From positions 7,359,446 through 7,423,445 of the forward strand of contig CM119269.1 in the NCBI GenBank assembly GCA_051294375.1: a stretch of 64,000 nt of DNA. The letters are read 5' to 3'. The position numbers and the translations under genes are program-made. Position 1 is the first letter of the stretch, and each line of letters starts with the position of its first letter. The notes beneath the pieces are model-generated. The model did not search any database and had not been told where the DNA came from. It was given only the letters and a program-made list of their open reading frames with translations. This document shows positions 26,101 to 38,635 of the stretch, piece after piece. The DNA comes from Paraspadella gotoi (Eukaryota; Animalia; Chaetognatha).

Positions 26101-26573
26101 GCTCCGTCATCGGAATCCCCAACATGCCACGCCCAATTCCATCACCCACTTTCCACTCTTCACCTCATTTCCCATCACTCCACCCTCCATTTCCACCCCC
26201 ATTTCCATTCCCCATTTCACTTTCCACTTCCCGTTCCAACTCGTCACCCCGTTTCAAACTAAGGTTGGTTTTCCAGAATCTGCCAGTCATCGAGAGAGAT
26301 TCGCCGCACTCTGGTTCTCTCAGTATTTCTGTCAGTTTTCCTGTCCGTGGAAGAGCAACAGGAACTATCTGTCATTCGACATGTTCGTTGTTTTATACTT
26401 AGTTTTGCGAAAGTATTTTTGCACCGAGGAAGATTCTTCTCGAGGATTACTGACAACATGGCGAATTCTGACAGCCAGAGAGAGAGAGAGAGAGAGAGAG
26501 AAAAACGAGCCAATGGATTGGCCGAGTTTCCTCGAGGATCTATGTAAGCAAAGAAGAGAAAAAGAAGAGAGAG

Positions 26574-26627
<54 letters not shown>

Positions 26628-29600
26628 CGCCCTTCCTCGTGGCTCTGAGCAGAAACCGTCGCGTAAAAATCAATCAAGTTTTTTTCACTGAACTCTTGAA
26701 CCTCAACGATTCTTTGTCGTACAGTCAGCCGGAGTTCGAGAAAAAGAAAATTTGGGAAAAAAAGGAAATTTCGGGACTTCTTTTATTTTATGTCGCGGGG
26801 TTGCAAGAGGCCGGGAACCAATACTAATCTTTATGGGTCGATATTTAATTTTTTATGATATATTAATTCTTCTTCGAAATAAACTCATTATTCAACTCTA
26901 ATTTTGATAAGAAGATATAAAATGTAAAAAAATTGACCAAAAAAAAAAGATCAATAATTATAATATGAATTTTGATTAAAAATTTTAAAAATTCTAACCC
27001 AAAATCTGGCGGCGACAGGAAACCCCATTAGCCCCCTTTTTTTTTTTAATTTCCTTTTTTTTTCTGGTCCTTTTTTTTTCTGGTCCTTTTTTTTTCTGCG
27101 ATTTGACCCAGGGTTTATTGATAATGGATATTGGATACAGGCGGCGTTTGAATCTTTTATATTGAAAAGGTTTTTTTTTCCTTTCCAATTCGTAAAGGCA
27201 AAGAGTTTTTTTTCTTTTTCTCTTCTTTACCTTTTTCTTAATTTTTTTGTATGTTTCTGGTTAAAAATTTGGCCTTATTTTTCCAGAACGCCCCTTTTCA
27301 TCTTAAATTCGGAATTAAGTTATTTAAGTTATATATACATATATAAATAGGTTAGGGATTAAGGTTAGGGATTTGGTTAGTAATGTTGCTTTAGGTTTAG
27401 GATTAGAGGTTAGGATTAGAAATTAGGGATAATAGTTTAAAGTTAGGGTGTAAGATTGGATTAGGGGTAAGGATTAGGGTTAGGGATTAGATTATAGGTT
27501 TAAATATATTTTTAGTTTAAATATTAAGGTTAGTAAAAGTTAATTATGGGATTAACCAACAGAACCTGGGGACCCTCGGAAAGGAGAACCAAAATCCGGA
27601 ATCACTTTTTTTTGTCAAATAGCAAATTTTTTACAACGGTTTCACACAAAATGCAAACAACTTTTAGCGAAAGACTTCCTTTTAAAGAACCGAAAAACAA
27701 CCTTAATCTGTGTATCTACACAAAGCATTAAAATAAATATGTTGAAATTGTGAAATAATGATAAACAAAGACAGACGGGCCTAAATTCTATCGAGACGAC
27801 TGAGAAGTCGAACTGAAAAATTTTAAAACGAGAATCGAGATTAAACCGGCCAATAAAATAAAACCCACAAGGTCCGTCCCTCGGACAACGTGGCCAACTA
27901 CACCGTGGCCCGCGTGACGGTCGAGGACCGCGACACGGCGCTCGTCAATGGCGGCGACATCAGCGCCGAAATCCTCGCCGGCGACGACGACGACGACGAC
28001 GCCGGAAAATTTTTCGATTTCCGGTTCAAGCCGGGTGAGTTGGAAATGAGGATCGAGATGAGGTGCAGAGGATCAGGCGAGGGTGAGGTTTGGATTTGTA
28101 AGTGAGATAAATGGATGGTAATTACCTCGATAATTTAAACTTAAAGTTTGAATTTAACTGAAAAAAAAATTGTTTTATAAGTACTAATTAATTACTGTAT
28201 AAACAAATATATTTTAAATTAACTTTATCGATTATGTAATTCAACTTTTTATGCTTACTTATATTTATTCATACGATACGGAAACAAATAGTTCATGAAA
28301 TTAAATTATATTTTTATCTTTCGTAATTTTTTAAGTTTAACATTTAATCCTGACGTGAGAAAAAATTTAAGATAGAATTGCGGTTGGATCAAAAAGCTAA
28401 AAAGAGACGCCTGACCGCTTCGTTCCATCCGCAGACGTCTTCGACGCGCCGTCCGTGGAACCGGCGTTCTCAGCCTGCGGCGTCGCGCCAGGGCGCCGCG
28501 AGACTACACCGTTGACGTCAGACTCTGCGACGGAAGGTCCATCTGCAAGACGCAATCCCTGTTGGTGTCGGTGCAAGCCAAGGGTAAGGATGAGGAAAGG
28601 GTGAATATTTATCATAAATTATTACAAATTATTAAATATTTATTTGCTAACAATTCCAAGGAGGTCGAGCGACTTTTCGACGGTCCGAGCGAAGGAAAGA
28701 TGAAGGACTACGAAAGAAACGGAAGAATCTTGGATTCCCGAAGTTTTCTCGCTTTCTGGAAATCTAAATTTCCCAGACTTGACAGTGAGTCTTCTCGATG
28801 TCCCTTTTTGGGGCCCCGATTCTATCAGTTTAATATTAATTTTATAAAACTATTTTTGAATTTAAATTTTTTTTTTTTCCATTTCAATTCTAGAAATTTT
28901 TACCATTCTAATTTTCTGTTTCTGTTTTTAATTAAACGTAATAAAACGTGTTCTCTCTTTCCCAGTGTTCCTCATCTTGCTCGGGTGCGGTCTGCTCATT
29001 TTCCTGCTTCTCGTGACCATTTGTGGAATCACACTTCAAAAACGGTGAGTAGCCCAGCACCCGTCCAAACGTCGTAAACAAAGCAGAAGGCCGCCAATAA
29101 CAAACCCTGGGATTTCTCTTCTCTCGTTTCTTTTTTTTTTTTAAATTCTCATCGACTCGCTCACCTTACCTTTTTTTCCCCTGTACTTACCTTCCTAGTA
29201 ACGCCCACTTTCCCCAAGTTCGAAGAGGGTTTCCGAATTCTCCAGCCCCACCGGCATTTAACCCATTTTTAGTGAGAGACAACAAACGAGATATCGATCT
29301 GCCTTCGCGGCCTTAGTTGTTTGTCCAAATCCTCGCCACCCCTTTAATTCGCCCCCCCCCCCTCCCCCCTCCGTATGTTAAGTTGCCTTTTCAAAGAGAA
29401 ATCTCCGACGCAATCGAAATCGACGTCGTCGTCTTCGGCCAATGGGAGCGCGCCCCGGGCCGAGGTTAAATTCAAGCCAGCCAATCACAACGCGTCTAAC
29501 GGTACGGACGCCAAATTCCAATCAGCCAATCATCCGGCGCCTTTGCCGCCAAACGGCGCGGGATCGAGAATCGGGACGCTCAACAAAGGTGAGAACGGAA

Positions 29601-30808
29601 AAAATGATCGTTGTAGTTAGAGGAAGATCATCAAAGCAAAGAAAAGCGGAATAGAAAGGAGGAGGCGAGAATCTATGCCGGCATCGCCCACAACAATCCC
29701 CCTCTAACAGATCGAGGTCGAAAAGTGATGAATAGGGAATGTGGTAATGTAATATAATAATAATATAATAATGTAATGTAATGTAGTAAATTCGTCTGGA
29801 CACTTGACAGTTTTGGGGTTTTTTTTTCATTTATAAAAAAACAGAGAGAAAAGGGATAGAAAGAGAGGATAGAAAAGGGATAGAAAGAAAAAGGGAAACA
29901 GAGGAAAAAGCAAGGGGGAGAAAAAAGAGCGATAAAAAATTGGGAGAGACAAGGAGGGAGAAACGGGGAGAGGAAAGAGAAGAAGAAGAAAAGAAGACGA
30001 AATGAGAGAGGATATTGGAGAGAGAAAGAGAATTACAAAACTAAACAAAAATAAATATCAAAACCAATCTGTCTTTACCAGGAACTTCCATCTCCGACAT
30101 TCTCGACGAGGTCGGCGCTCTCCCGCCGGAACCCGCGCGAGGGACGCCGCCGATGACCACTTTCGGCGGCGTCAACGCCCCTGGCTCCTTCAGCGCCGCC
30201 GGCCACCCTTACGGCGCCGTCAATGGGAACGGATACGGCGTTGCCGGCGTCGTGGGAAATGGAACTCTCAACCCTCTTTACCACGTCACAAACGGAGGTA
30301 CTGTGTTGACGCAACTTTTGTTTTAAGTTTAATAGCTTCCAGTTTATAATAATACAATAATATTTAATTTTTAGAAACAATAATTCGCCATGTTTAATAA
30401 TTAAACTAAAGGTTTTTTAAAAAGCAGATTAAGCGACACCTTATTACTTCATCCAAAATGTATAATTAGTTTAGTAAAAGGATTTTAAAATAATAATTAT
30501 ATCCTATCCTAAAAACTCTAACGCTATCCTCGACAGGTCTCATCCCTTCCCCGCGCGGGACTCCCGTTCGAACAAAAGCCACTCCCGAACCCGAGACTCG
30601 GCCGCATTACGAGGAGACGAGTAGCGCGCTCTCGCGGTGCGGCGACAAAGAGACTTTTATCGGGAGCAACGACTCTCTCGACACAAAAGAGCAATCGAGG
30701 GAAGTTTACTTCGCTTCCACGCTGATGAGGCACGGGACTCTCTCGCGAAACGCCGACGACATCGACGGCTACAAACGATATTCGGCCTGCGATTCCGATA
30801 TTATATGA
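21009..30808 (+). CDS. Protocadherin-like (non-classical) cadherin, 5'-partial, 11 exons in window
   Basis: Exons 21009-21128, 21806-21921, 22163-22325, 24236-24360, 24759-24853, 27872-28034, 28435-28583, 28966-29044, 29383-29588, 30082-30297, 30537-30808 with GT-AG ends. Cadherin motifs ATDVDAGMNA, LDREE, ATDKG, ILDRNDYAPMF, VSED, LDRE, DINDNAPTF; TM VFLILLGCGLLIFLLLVTICGITL; tail with NPLY, ending DSDII-TGA. Phases agree except one 1-nt discrepancy near 28457. Upstream exons not found. Confidence 0.9.
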
Positions 30809-31879
30809 GAGGAGTGGAAAAAGGAATGGAAAGTGGTAAAAGAAAATTGAAATGGAGTGGAATTTAGTGGAAGAGGAATCGGGAGGAGACGGAGAAACTA
30901 ATTTATTACACTGACGATTCTCCAATACAAAAATTAAATCTTATAAGCTGTTTTTGGTGCTTATTACTAGGTAGAGTGGGGAAGGCTTAAGATTTACTTA
31001 TTTTTAGGTTCCCGGTTTAATTTTAAAAACGATTTTTTTGGCGTGTTTTTTTTAATAAATCTTATATATAATTTTTTTTATCTAACTAGATTCGATATTT
31101 GAATTCTGATCGAATCGATTAAACCGATTTATCTGCCCTAGTTAAGTCTTAAAATACGAAAAACATTTTCAGTTTGAACTTAAGTTGTAATCAGTCGTAA
31201 TTTTTCGTTGCCTAATATAAACTAAACCTGATTTTGAGATTAATTTCATGTACATACAAGAGATTATTATCGAAAAAAAATTAAATCGAAATTACTTTTA
31301 TAGAAACTGTCGTAATGAATTTTACATTTGAATGCCTTATTATGAAAACAAAAATTTAATGTTCACGATTAGTGGCGGTCGAGCATTATTTGGTGACAAC
31401 GTGACGAAACATTTTGTAAAATAATCTCAGTAAATTGATTTGTCTCGTTCCGGACTTAACTGTCTCTCTCATGACTTTTGTAAAACCGTTGCATAAACGC
31501 TAAAATCAAACTAGTCACTTTCTAATACGAATCTTTATCTTTTCTCCCACGTCGGAGAGTTTCTGTAATAGATAGTTGGTTAAAGGGTACTTTCTAGATG
31601 CGTATACTTAAATTTGAATTTTTATTTATGTTTAATAAACGCTTTCAAAAACAAAATAACCATTAGACGAAAAAAAAAAAGTGAGTTCTGTTACCACTTG
31701 TATTTATCTTTATTATTCTAGACTATATACGTACAACATGTAAAAAACTTTTTAAAAAATCAAAAATTCGGCAAAACAAATCACAAGACCTAAATTATTC
31801 CATAGTTTTCGCCCTAATTTTTTTTACAAAATTTAACTCGAGCCCAATAATTTCGAGGATATTAATTATTAATAGTTCG

Positions 31880-33990
31880 TCACTGTCGACAGAATCTCCT
31901 GACGGGCTCTTCCAAATGCGGAAAGAGTTCCAACATGTCGAGCAAACTCCCGTAGACGACGTTTTCGTAGCTGAAGGACGGAACGACGACCAGATTGATG
32001 AGAGTGTAGTTCTCCCTGGCGTCGCTACCGTTGTGCTCGGGCGTGCCCGGCTGCGGGAGTCGATAGGGAGTCTCCAGCTCGGCCGCCATCCAACACGAAG
32101 CGGGCACTTTGTGAGTGTACAGCGTCTGAGATTTTAAAAAAAGGGCAAAAGGGTTCAAGTTTCAAACGGGCAACGGAAAATTAATCCCGATTGACAAAAT
32201 CTAATCTCTGGCGAACGTAGTCGGGGTATTTGAAAATTATCGTCCATGTTTATTTACGTAAATGAATAATCGAATGAGTTTAAATTGACAAGGGCGACTT
32301 AGTTTACGACGTCAATTCAAAACAATCGCCCTTACCCGAAAATTAGCGAGCAACAGCCGTCGACTTACCCTTGGATCCTCCATGGTGTTTCCTATGAGAC
32401 GTTGAGAGTAATGGCCCTGGTTGGTGATCTGATGAAGAACGAGATTCGTTCCGCGGAGAAAAGTCCAATGTTCTTCCATGTCAATAATTTTGTGCCAACA
32501 GCTGAACTCTCGACCTTTGAGGAGATACTTGACAGAACTGGAGAGGTCCTGGCCGAGATATTAATATAAATATATATTGGTTGTACCAATTTCATAAATA
32601 TTAGCATAAAATAAATATCGAGCATAATTTTATTCTCGCCGATTGGAATTAGGAGGAGGGGTTAAGGATAGTTTAATGGTGATTTAAGGGTATTTAAGGT
32701 TTATGGAGTTTAAAGTTAATATAGTTAACTATTAATTCATTTTTAATAAAGCCTAATTTGAGTTAATTTTACTTTCGCCGATCGGGGTAAAGGGTAAGGG
32801 TTAAGGGTAATTTAGGGGCGGTTTAAGGTTAAAAGGGTTTTAAGGTTAGAGTAATTAAATATTAATTTTTTTTTTTTTAAATAAATATTTTTAGTTTTTC
32901 AAAAGACGACAACACCTTGGTTGGCGAAAATAAAATTTAACCCAATTTTGTTTACATTATTATGCAAAAAAAGCCAAAAGCTAACTTGGAAAAAATCAAA
33001 TTTTAACTAAATATTAATACAAATATAACTTAATTCAAACAATTTATAATGCTTTGTGAAATTATTAAGTGTAATTACCAGGAAATTAAAATTAATAAGA
33101 AAGCCGTTTTCAATGCTATTAGTGCATCCCTAAAATTAAATATAATCATATACAATTAAAAACCATTAGTGGCCCCACTTATTCTTGAATACTGTGGCGA
33201 ATCCTAAATTCGCCTCCCGTATAGCTTGGTGAAACTCAGCTCATCCCATTCACCAACCTTGAGTTCCGGGTTCAATCCCCTCAGGGTCACGCTGGTTAAA
33301 GTGTGATGGTGTCGGCATAAACAAGCCAGTGGTCACTGCAGGTACAAAGCCCTGAGCGCTAGCTGTAAGGAGATGCCTCACACCCCGGGCATCACACGTC
33401 TCCCCATTTCTATAATACTTCCTTTTATTACCTTAACTTTTGATTGAGGCTGCAAAATCAATTCCGGCTAGGATTGGGTAAAAAAAATTTATCAATTAGA
33501 TTCAAGATTTAGGTTTAATAATTTTTTTTTTATATTTTGATCAACAAAACAATAATATTATTAATAAATTTTTACTTTTATATGTTTTACATTATACAAG
33601 GATTTTAACCTATTTTCTAAATATTTTCCCTTTTTCTTATATCATAAACCATTTTTTAAGTTAATCCCATGGGAGCTAGACCTCCCTGTATTAAATGCTT
33701 AAAATTTTAAACGATACAAAAATACCACTGCTTTTTTACTCTTTTAATTCAGAAATAAAATCCGGTCAGGTAAAATAAGATTAATATTTTGTGTCATAAC
33801 GACATACCAAAATACCAACTCCTAACATGTGACATACCGACTCTCCATGGGCAACGTTGGGTTCCGGATCCGGCTCCATCCATCCGCCTTCCAAAGGGTA
33901 GTATTCCATCTTGAACTTTTGGATAACCACTCCAGCAGGACTATTGTTTTGTATCGACTGAGCCGGGATTTGGGGCTCCAACAAATCCAT
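31880..33990 (-). CDS. Cupin_5 / DUF985 (YML079W/Cff1-like) cupin protein, 3 exons, 192 aa
   Basis: Exons 33990-33838, 32548-32369, 32125-31880, all phase 0 GT-AG. Motifs YPLEGGW (cf. HPEGG), SSSVKYLL, FSCWHKI..EEHWTFLRG, VPASCWMAAE, YTLINLVVVPSFSY, LELFPHL follow the DUF985 pattern. Confidence 0.85.
33193..33410 (+). mobile_element. SINE-like repeat family A, copy 1 (5' hairpin, tRNA-like B-box, twister-like core)
   Basis: Clearly homologous to 36808-37031. Hairpin ggcgaat-cctaa-attcgcc; B-box gggttcaatccc 33268-33279; lies in Cupin_5 intron 1. Confidence 0.8.
33314..33377 (+). ncRNA. Twister ribozyme-like motif (type-P1 order), degenerate
   Basis: P1 GGCA/UGCC, L1 UAA, P2 ACA/UGU, L2 GC, P3 CAGU/ACUG, P4 CAGG/CCUG with loop UACAAAGC followed by A, L1-3' AAGGAGA. 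Deviations: expected general-base G reads A; L4 has AC where CC would pair with GG. Confidence 0.6.
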
Positions 33991-34426
33991 CGTTAATATT
34001 TTTTATTCTGAATTAAAAAATAAATAATACTTACGTTTTAGTTTATACCTTTTTATTATATATATTAAGTATTTTTAAATTTACCCCTTAACTGCTTAAG
34101 CAGTAATTTTTATAATTTAATTTATATTGTGGAATGTCCGCAAATAAGATTAATTTTTTTTTTTCAAAAAAAAAAATTGTCACAATAAATTTCAAAAAGT
34201 AACGCTAATTTTTAACTAAGAGTCGAAGTTTTTAGTCGCAAGAAAGAAACATTTCGGGACTCGACCAACTCGAGAAGAGCAATTAGAGAAAAATAAAAAA
34301 ACCGGTCGAGAGTTAATTACAAAATTTACTATAACGAAATTTTCATCTTTTTTTTTTTATTCCTGCCTTGATTGAGACGCCTAGAGTGAAAAGCTAATTT
34401 AAACAAGAGAGCAACAGATAGAGAGA

Positions 34427-34464
<38 letters not shown>

Positions 34465-34892
34465 TGGACGTATACTAAAACCAGTGGCTGCGCAATATAT
34501 GTAAATCACTTTCAAGGGCTTAAACTGAATTGTTANNNNNNNNNNCTAATCAAAAACACAACAAACTGTAATAAAATTACACAATGTCTACCAATTAAAA
34601 CAAAATTTTTAAAAAAATTTAAAAGATTTAGAATAATAAAATTGGTGGATATACTAAATTAAATTTTATTGCTATTTTATTTTTAAAAATGCTCCTTTGT
34701 TTGTACCGTCCTCCGGTTTATTAAGACTAAAACATGTAAAAATTTGCTATTTGGTGTAAAGCAATGAAAGTGAAGATCTAGCAAATTTCAATAGAAAATA
34801 AAGGGAAAATATGTAAGTATTACTGTTTTTATTAGCAATAAATATTCATATCACTTATCAATCCCAACAGCAACATCAATTAAAACAACAAC

Positions 34893-37438
34893 TCAAAATG
34901 TCGCGGAGGATTTCTCCTCCTTCCAAACGGGATGTCTCGCCCCAAAGACTTGAGAGACGCTTTCGAAGTCGCTCTCTTCTTCGATTCCGTCGTCGATGGA
35001 GTCGTCAACTTCGAGTGGCTCGTCCAGTGGCGTCGAGTCTTGGCCACCGCCGACACCGTCCACTCCACCTCGACCGCCTTCCCCACTTCTCTGCTCAACT
35101 CCATTTCCCGTTTATCTCCATTCTTCTGCTCGTCGTCCGTCTCTTCTCCGCAGCCGCCATTCTCGCTGCTTCGCCGAATCGTGCCGCGGCTGCACCTGCT
35201 GCTTTTCTTTCCGCTGATCTTTTTTTCCAGGAGTCGATGATGTTTCTTGCCTCAGTCGAGTCTTTGGTGATTCTTTGTAATTCTTTCTCATTTGTTCATT
35301 GTTCTGATTTAGGGCCGCTTGCACCAGTTCCTGCCTAAACTGCTTCTCGCCGGAGGCTGACTGCAGTTCTGACTTTTTCTGCAACTCGGACGCTTGCTGC
35401 ATCTCAGACGCTTGCTGCACCTCAGTATCTTGCTGCAAATCCGATCCTTGCTGCGCTCTGGCGACGACCTTTATGGCCAAGGCGAGTCTCTCCTGCCAGG
35501 ACGCCGACGAAGAGACAAACGACGCCGAGACTCGGGGTGCCGACTGAATAAATGACGCCGATTCCCGGGACGCCGAGAATTGTCTAGGGGGCGTCGATTC
35601 ATGAGGTGGGGCCGATTGACGAACCGAAGACAAACCATTCGGCGCCACTGAGGATTGCGGCGTCACTGACGTGAAATCATCCAACGTCGATGCAAAGGCG
35701 CCGCTGGTTGGTGAATCTCTCGACGCCGATGCGACTTCACCGGTTGATGCCGCTTTGGCAGCGCCGGTTGACGCCGCTTCCCTCGTTTTCGGAACGAGAG
35801 TCACGAGACTAGGAAATCCTGGTTTCGCGATGACGCGTTTCGTCTTGACGACGAAATCGGGAGAATCGCTGCGAGGGACGAAGGCGATCTGAATAATTTG
35901 ATTAATTGAATTAAATCATTGATCGATTTATTAATTTCCTTTGATTCATTTGATGAAATGATTGAATGATCCATTGATTATGATTATGATTATGATTATG
36001 TTGGTTTAAATAATTAATGACCTAGGGTTTCAATACGTAGAAAGACACGCCGATTTATTCCTTGATAAATATTATTCCCACCTTCGAGTCTATCTTTCCG
36101 GAGACTTTGAGCTGAGTCTCGTACGACGCAGCTTTCTGTCTTTCGTCATCGTCGACGCTGCGTCGCTGCCGCTGCCGCCGCTTCCCCGGCGTTGGCTCCC
36201 GTCGGTGCAGCTCCGCCTCGGCGCTGCTGTCGAGAGAAGCGGACCGGGTCACGGAACGGAGAGAGACGACGGGCGAGGACGACGCGAGAGAAATTATCGG
36301 CGCTTTGGACAAGCCGGCGTCCTTGATCGGAGTGGACGTTACGATCGAAGCGTCCTCGACGTCGTGTGTCGCAAACGGCGCCGGTCGTTCGTCGGCGTCT
36401 GCTTTGGGCTCCGCTCCGATGGGCGTGGCCTCGTCCTCGATGGGAGCGAAATTCGGCGTCAGGTTTTCCACGAATTCCGAAGAATTTTGCTCTCGATTCG
36501 GCGGCGAGGAGCGCTCCGCCGAGGTCGACGACCCTTTCCGGGATACGAGCGCTTCTCTCGGCGGCGACGAGCGGCTGCGGGAGCTTCTCCGCTCTGTCGG
36601 AAACGCCGTCGTCGACGCTTTGGTTTCGATTTCGGAGCCTAAATGTTTTTCCTGAAAGTTGGGGTTTTGAAATGTCTTTTAAAACAACTTATTATTTCCG
36701 ATCATATTTAACATCGCTATGAGTGTGACATTCGTTCAACCATTATAAAAATTATTCACTCATTCAACAAATTAGCTGTCTAGAAGTAAAAGTATTAAAA
36801 GTAGTAGTGTGGCGAATCCTTAATTTGCCTCCCGTATAGCTTAGTGAAACTCAGCTCGTCCGATTGGCTTGGACAATCCCATCACGGTCACGCTGGTTAA
36901 AATGTGATGGTATCGGCATAAACACGCCACTAACATGAGGTGGTCACTGCAGGTCCAAAGCCCTAAGCACCAGCTGTCGCAATGATGCCTCACACCCCGG
37001 GCATCACACATGCCACTTGCCACTTGCCATTGTAGCACTTTAATCAAACTTCCTTCGCAAGCAATTCCTTTTTTTTTCTTAAATCGTAATTACCCTTTCA
37101 TTTCGCTTCATCCCTAACCCTAAACACAAACTTAGTCTCTACCCTTACACTATCCTAAACTCCGACCTAATCCCTAACCTAATCTAACCTAATCTTTAAC
37201 TCATAAATTGACCATATTTCAAATTTAAGATGGAATGGGCCGTTCTCGGAAAATAAGGCCACCCTTTCCTTACCCTAGCTGCCTTCCCGCTCTGCTCTTC
37301 GATCTTCCCCCGCAGCAGGCGCAGTAGAAACTGCAGCGGATCGTCCGGCGCTGCCTTCAAAAGTTTACACATCATCTCTTCGAAAAGTTGGGTGATGCGG
37401 TGGCGTCGGATGTAGACGGTCGCGTCCTCAACGCCCAT
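34893..37438 (-). CDS. C8orf34/VEST1-like protein with N-terminal RIIa/Dpy-30-type dimerisation-docking domain
   Basis: Exons 37438-37274 (YIRRHRITQLFEEMMCKLLKAAPDDPLQFLLRLL, D/D domain), 36651-36082 and 35888 onward, all phase 0. The frame stops at TAA 35114-35112 but resumes in frame to EEESDFESVSQVFGARHPVW and TGA at 34893, a motif I recall from C8orf34-like proteins. 3' end uncertain. Confidence 0.65.
36808..37031 (+). mobile_element. SINE-like repeat family A, copy 2, with (TGCCACT)n tail
   Basis: Same 5' hairpin and body as 33193-33410; twister-like segment 36915-36989 (ggca taa acac gc ... cagg tccaaagc ccta ... tgt ... tgcc); ends tgccact-tgccact-tgccatt; lies in intron 1 of the C8orf34-like gene. 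Confidence 0.8.
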
Positions 37439-38033
37439 TATCTTTTTTTTTCAAGTTTGTTAATTATGTTTAGTTTTTAAATCTATATGAAAGTGAGTAA
37501 AAAAATAAACAAAATGATACTATGAGAAGCGACTTGTATGGAACTTAAATTTTTTTTAGATTGATGTCATTTTTACTTTTATTTTTTCTTTTAATTAAAA
37601 ATCAGTTAATATTTCTCGTTAGTGTAGTTAGTATAAAAAGTCGCTACTGAGAGATTCTTTCGTTAAATTTAAAAATTTATTCCTCAAAAAAAAAAAAAAA
37701 AATTCAAAAAAGAAATTCCAATGAAATCTCAGAAGGAGCTTATTGCATCGACATCATTGTATCGTCTGAAAAATGTAATAATGAATTTTTTTTTTTCCAA
37801 AACTTAAAAAAATGCAGTAGTACTGTTACGGAACAAACTGTTTGAGAGTTTAAAAGTGGGTGAGCTATTAAAAGCCAAAAATGTAGACTGCCTGTTGACG
37901 GTAAACATCTCCAAATTTTTTTAATAAAATAAATATTTTTTTAAAAAATATATTAGTTTTAATAAAATGATATAATATTAAAACCCTGATGCTGTTGCTG
38001 TTGCTGTTGCTAGGCAGTGGTAGCGCTGAATAC

Positions 38034-38560
38034 TCAGTATCTGTAAGGGTAAAAGTCCGGCCGAGGAGGATTAGTCGCTTGTCCGTTTTTTCTCATTGCT
38101 GCCCACAAACTCCGCATGAGGACGTCCTGTTGCCGGTGTCCAGACTCGACTGGAAAAACAAAAGAACAGCCTCCTCAAAAAAGTAATGTATGAAGAAACT
38201 GGATGAATCATTGAGTTATTAAAATTATTTATTTATTTATTCATTTATTCATTTATTCACCTCTTGACTTTTTATCTCTGTCTCGTGATTTGGTTTTAGA
38301 TGCTCGTGACTCTGCGGCCTTTCGACGCAGCCAACTGAAGTCAATCAATTTTATTGTTTATTACTTTAATTTTATTTTCGATTACTTAATAATAATTTTA
38401 ATTATTTTAATTTTAATAATCGATCTTACTCTCGAAAGGCTCTGTCGCAATCGTCTCTCGAATGAACGATTTGCGAATCTTTTTCTTCTTTTTGACGATA
38501 GCGTTCGATCTCACGTTCGTGGAGCTCCTGTGAGAGAGAGAAAAGAAAGTGAGAGGAGAG

Positions 38561-38635
<75 letters not shown>

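Noticed and set aside
33280-33360. Pistol ribozyme reading of family A (UCAGGG...AAG-CCCUGA-GCG)
   Set aside because: The pistol P1 5' strand and P3/GU cleavage arm are missing and the spacing is wrong; the twister order explains more of the pairing.
35112-35114. Reassigned TAA codon (variant genetic code), suggested by in-frame TAAs at 1501 and 35112 and TGA stops on four genes
   Set aside because: No TAA/TAG inside any conserved domain in several kb of exons; indel errors explain the cases more simply.
38006-38018. RFX X-box-like GTTGCTAGGCAGT upstream of the C8orf34-like gene
   Set aside because: The second half-site has two mismatches and it abuts a (GTTGCT)n repeat; chance cannot be excluded.
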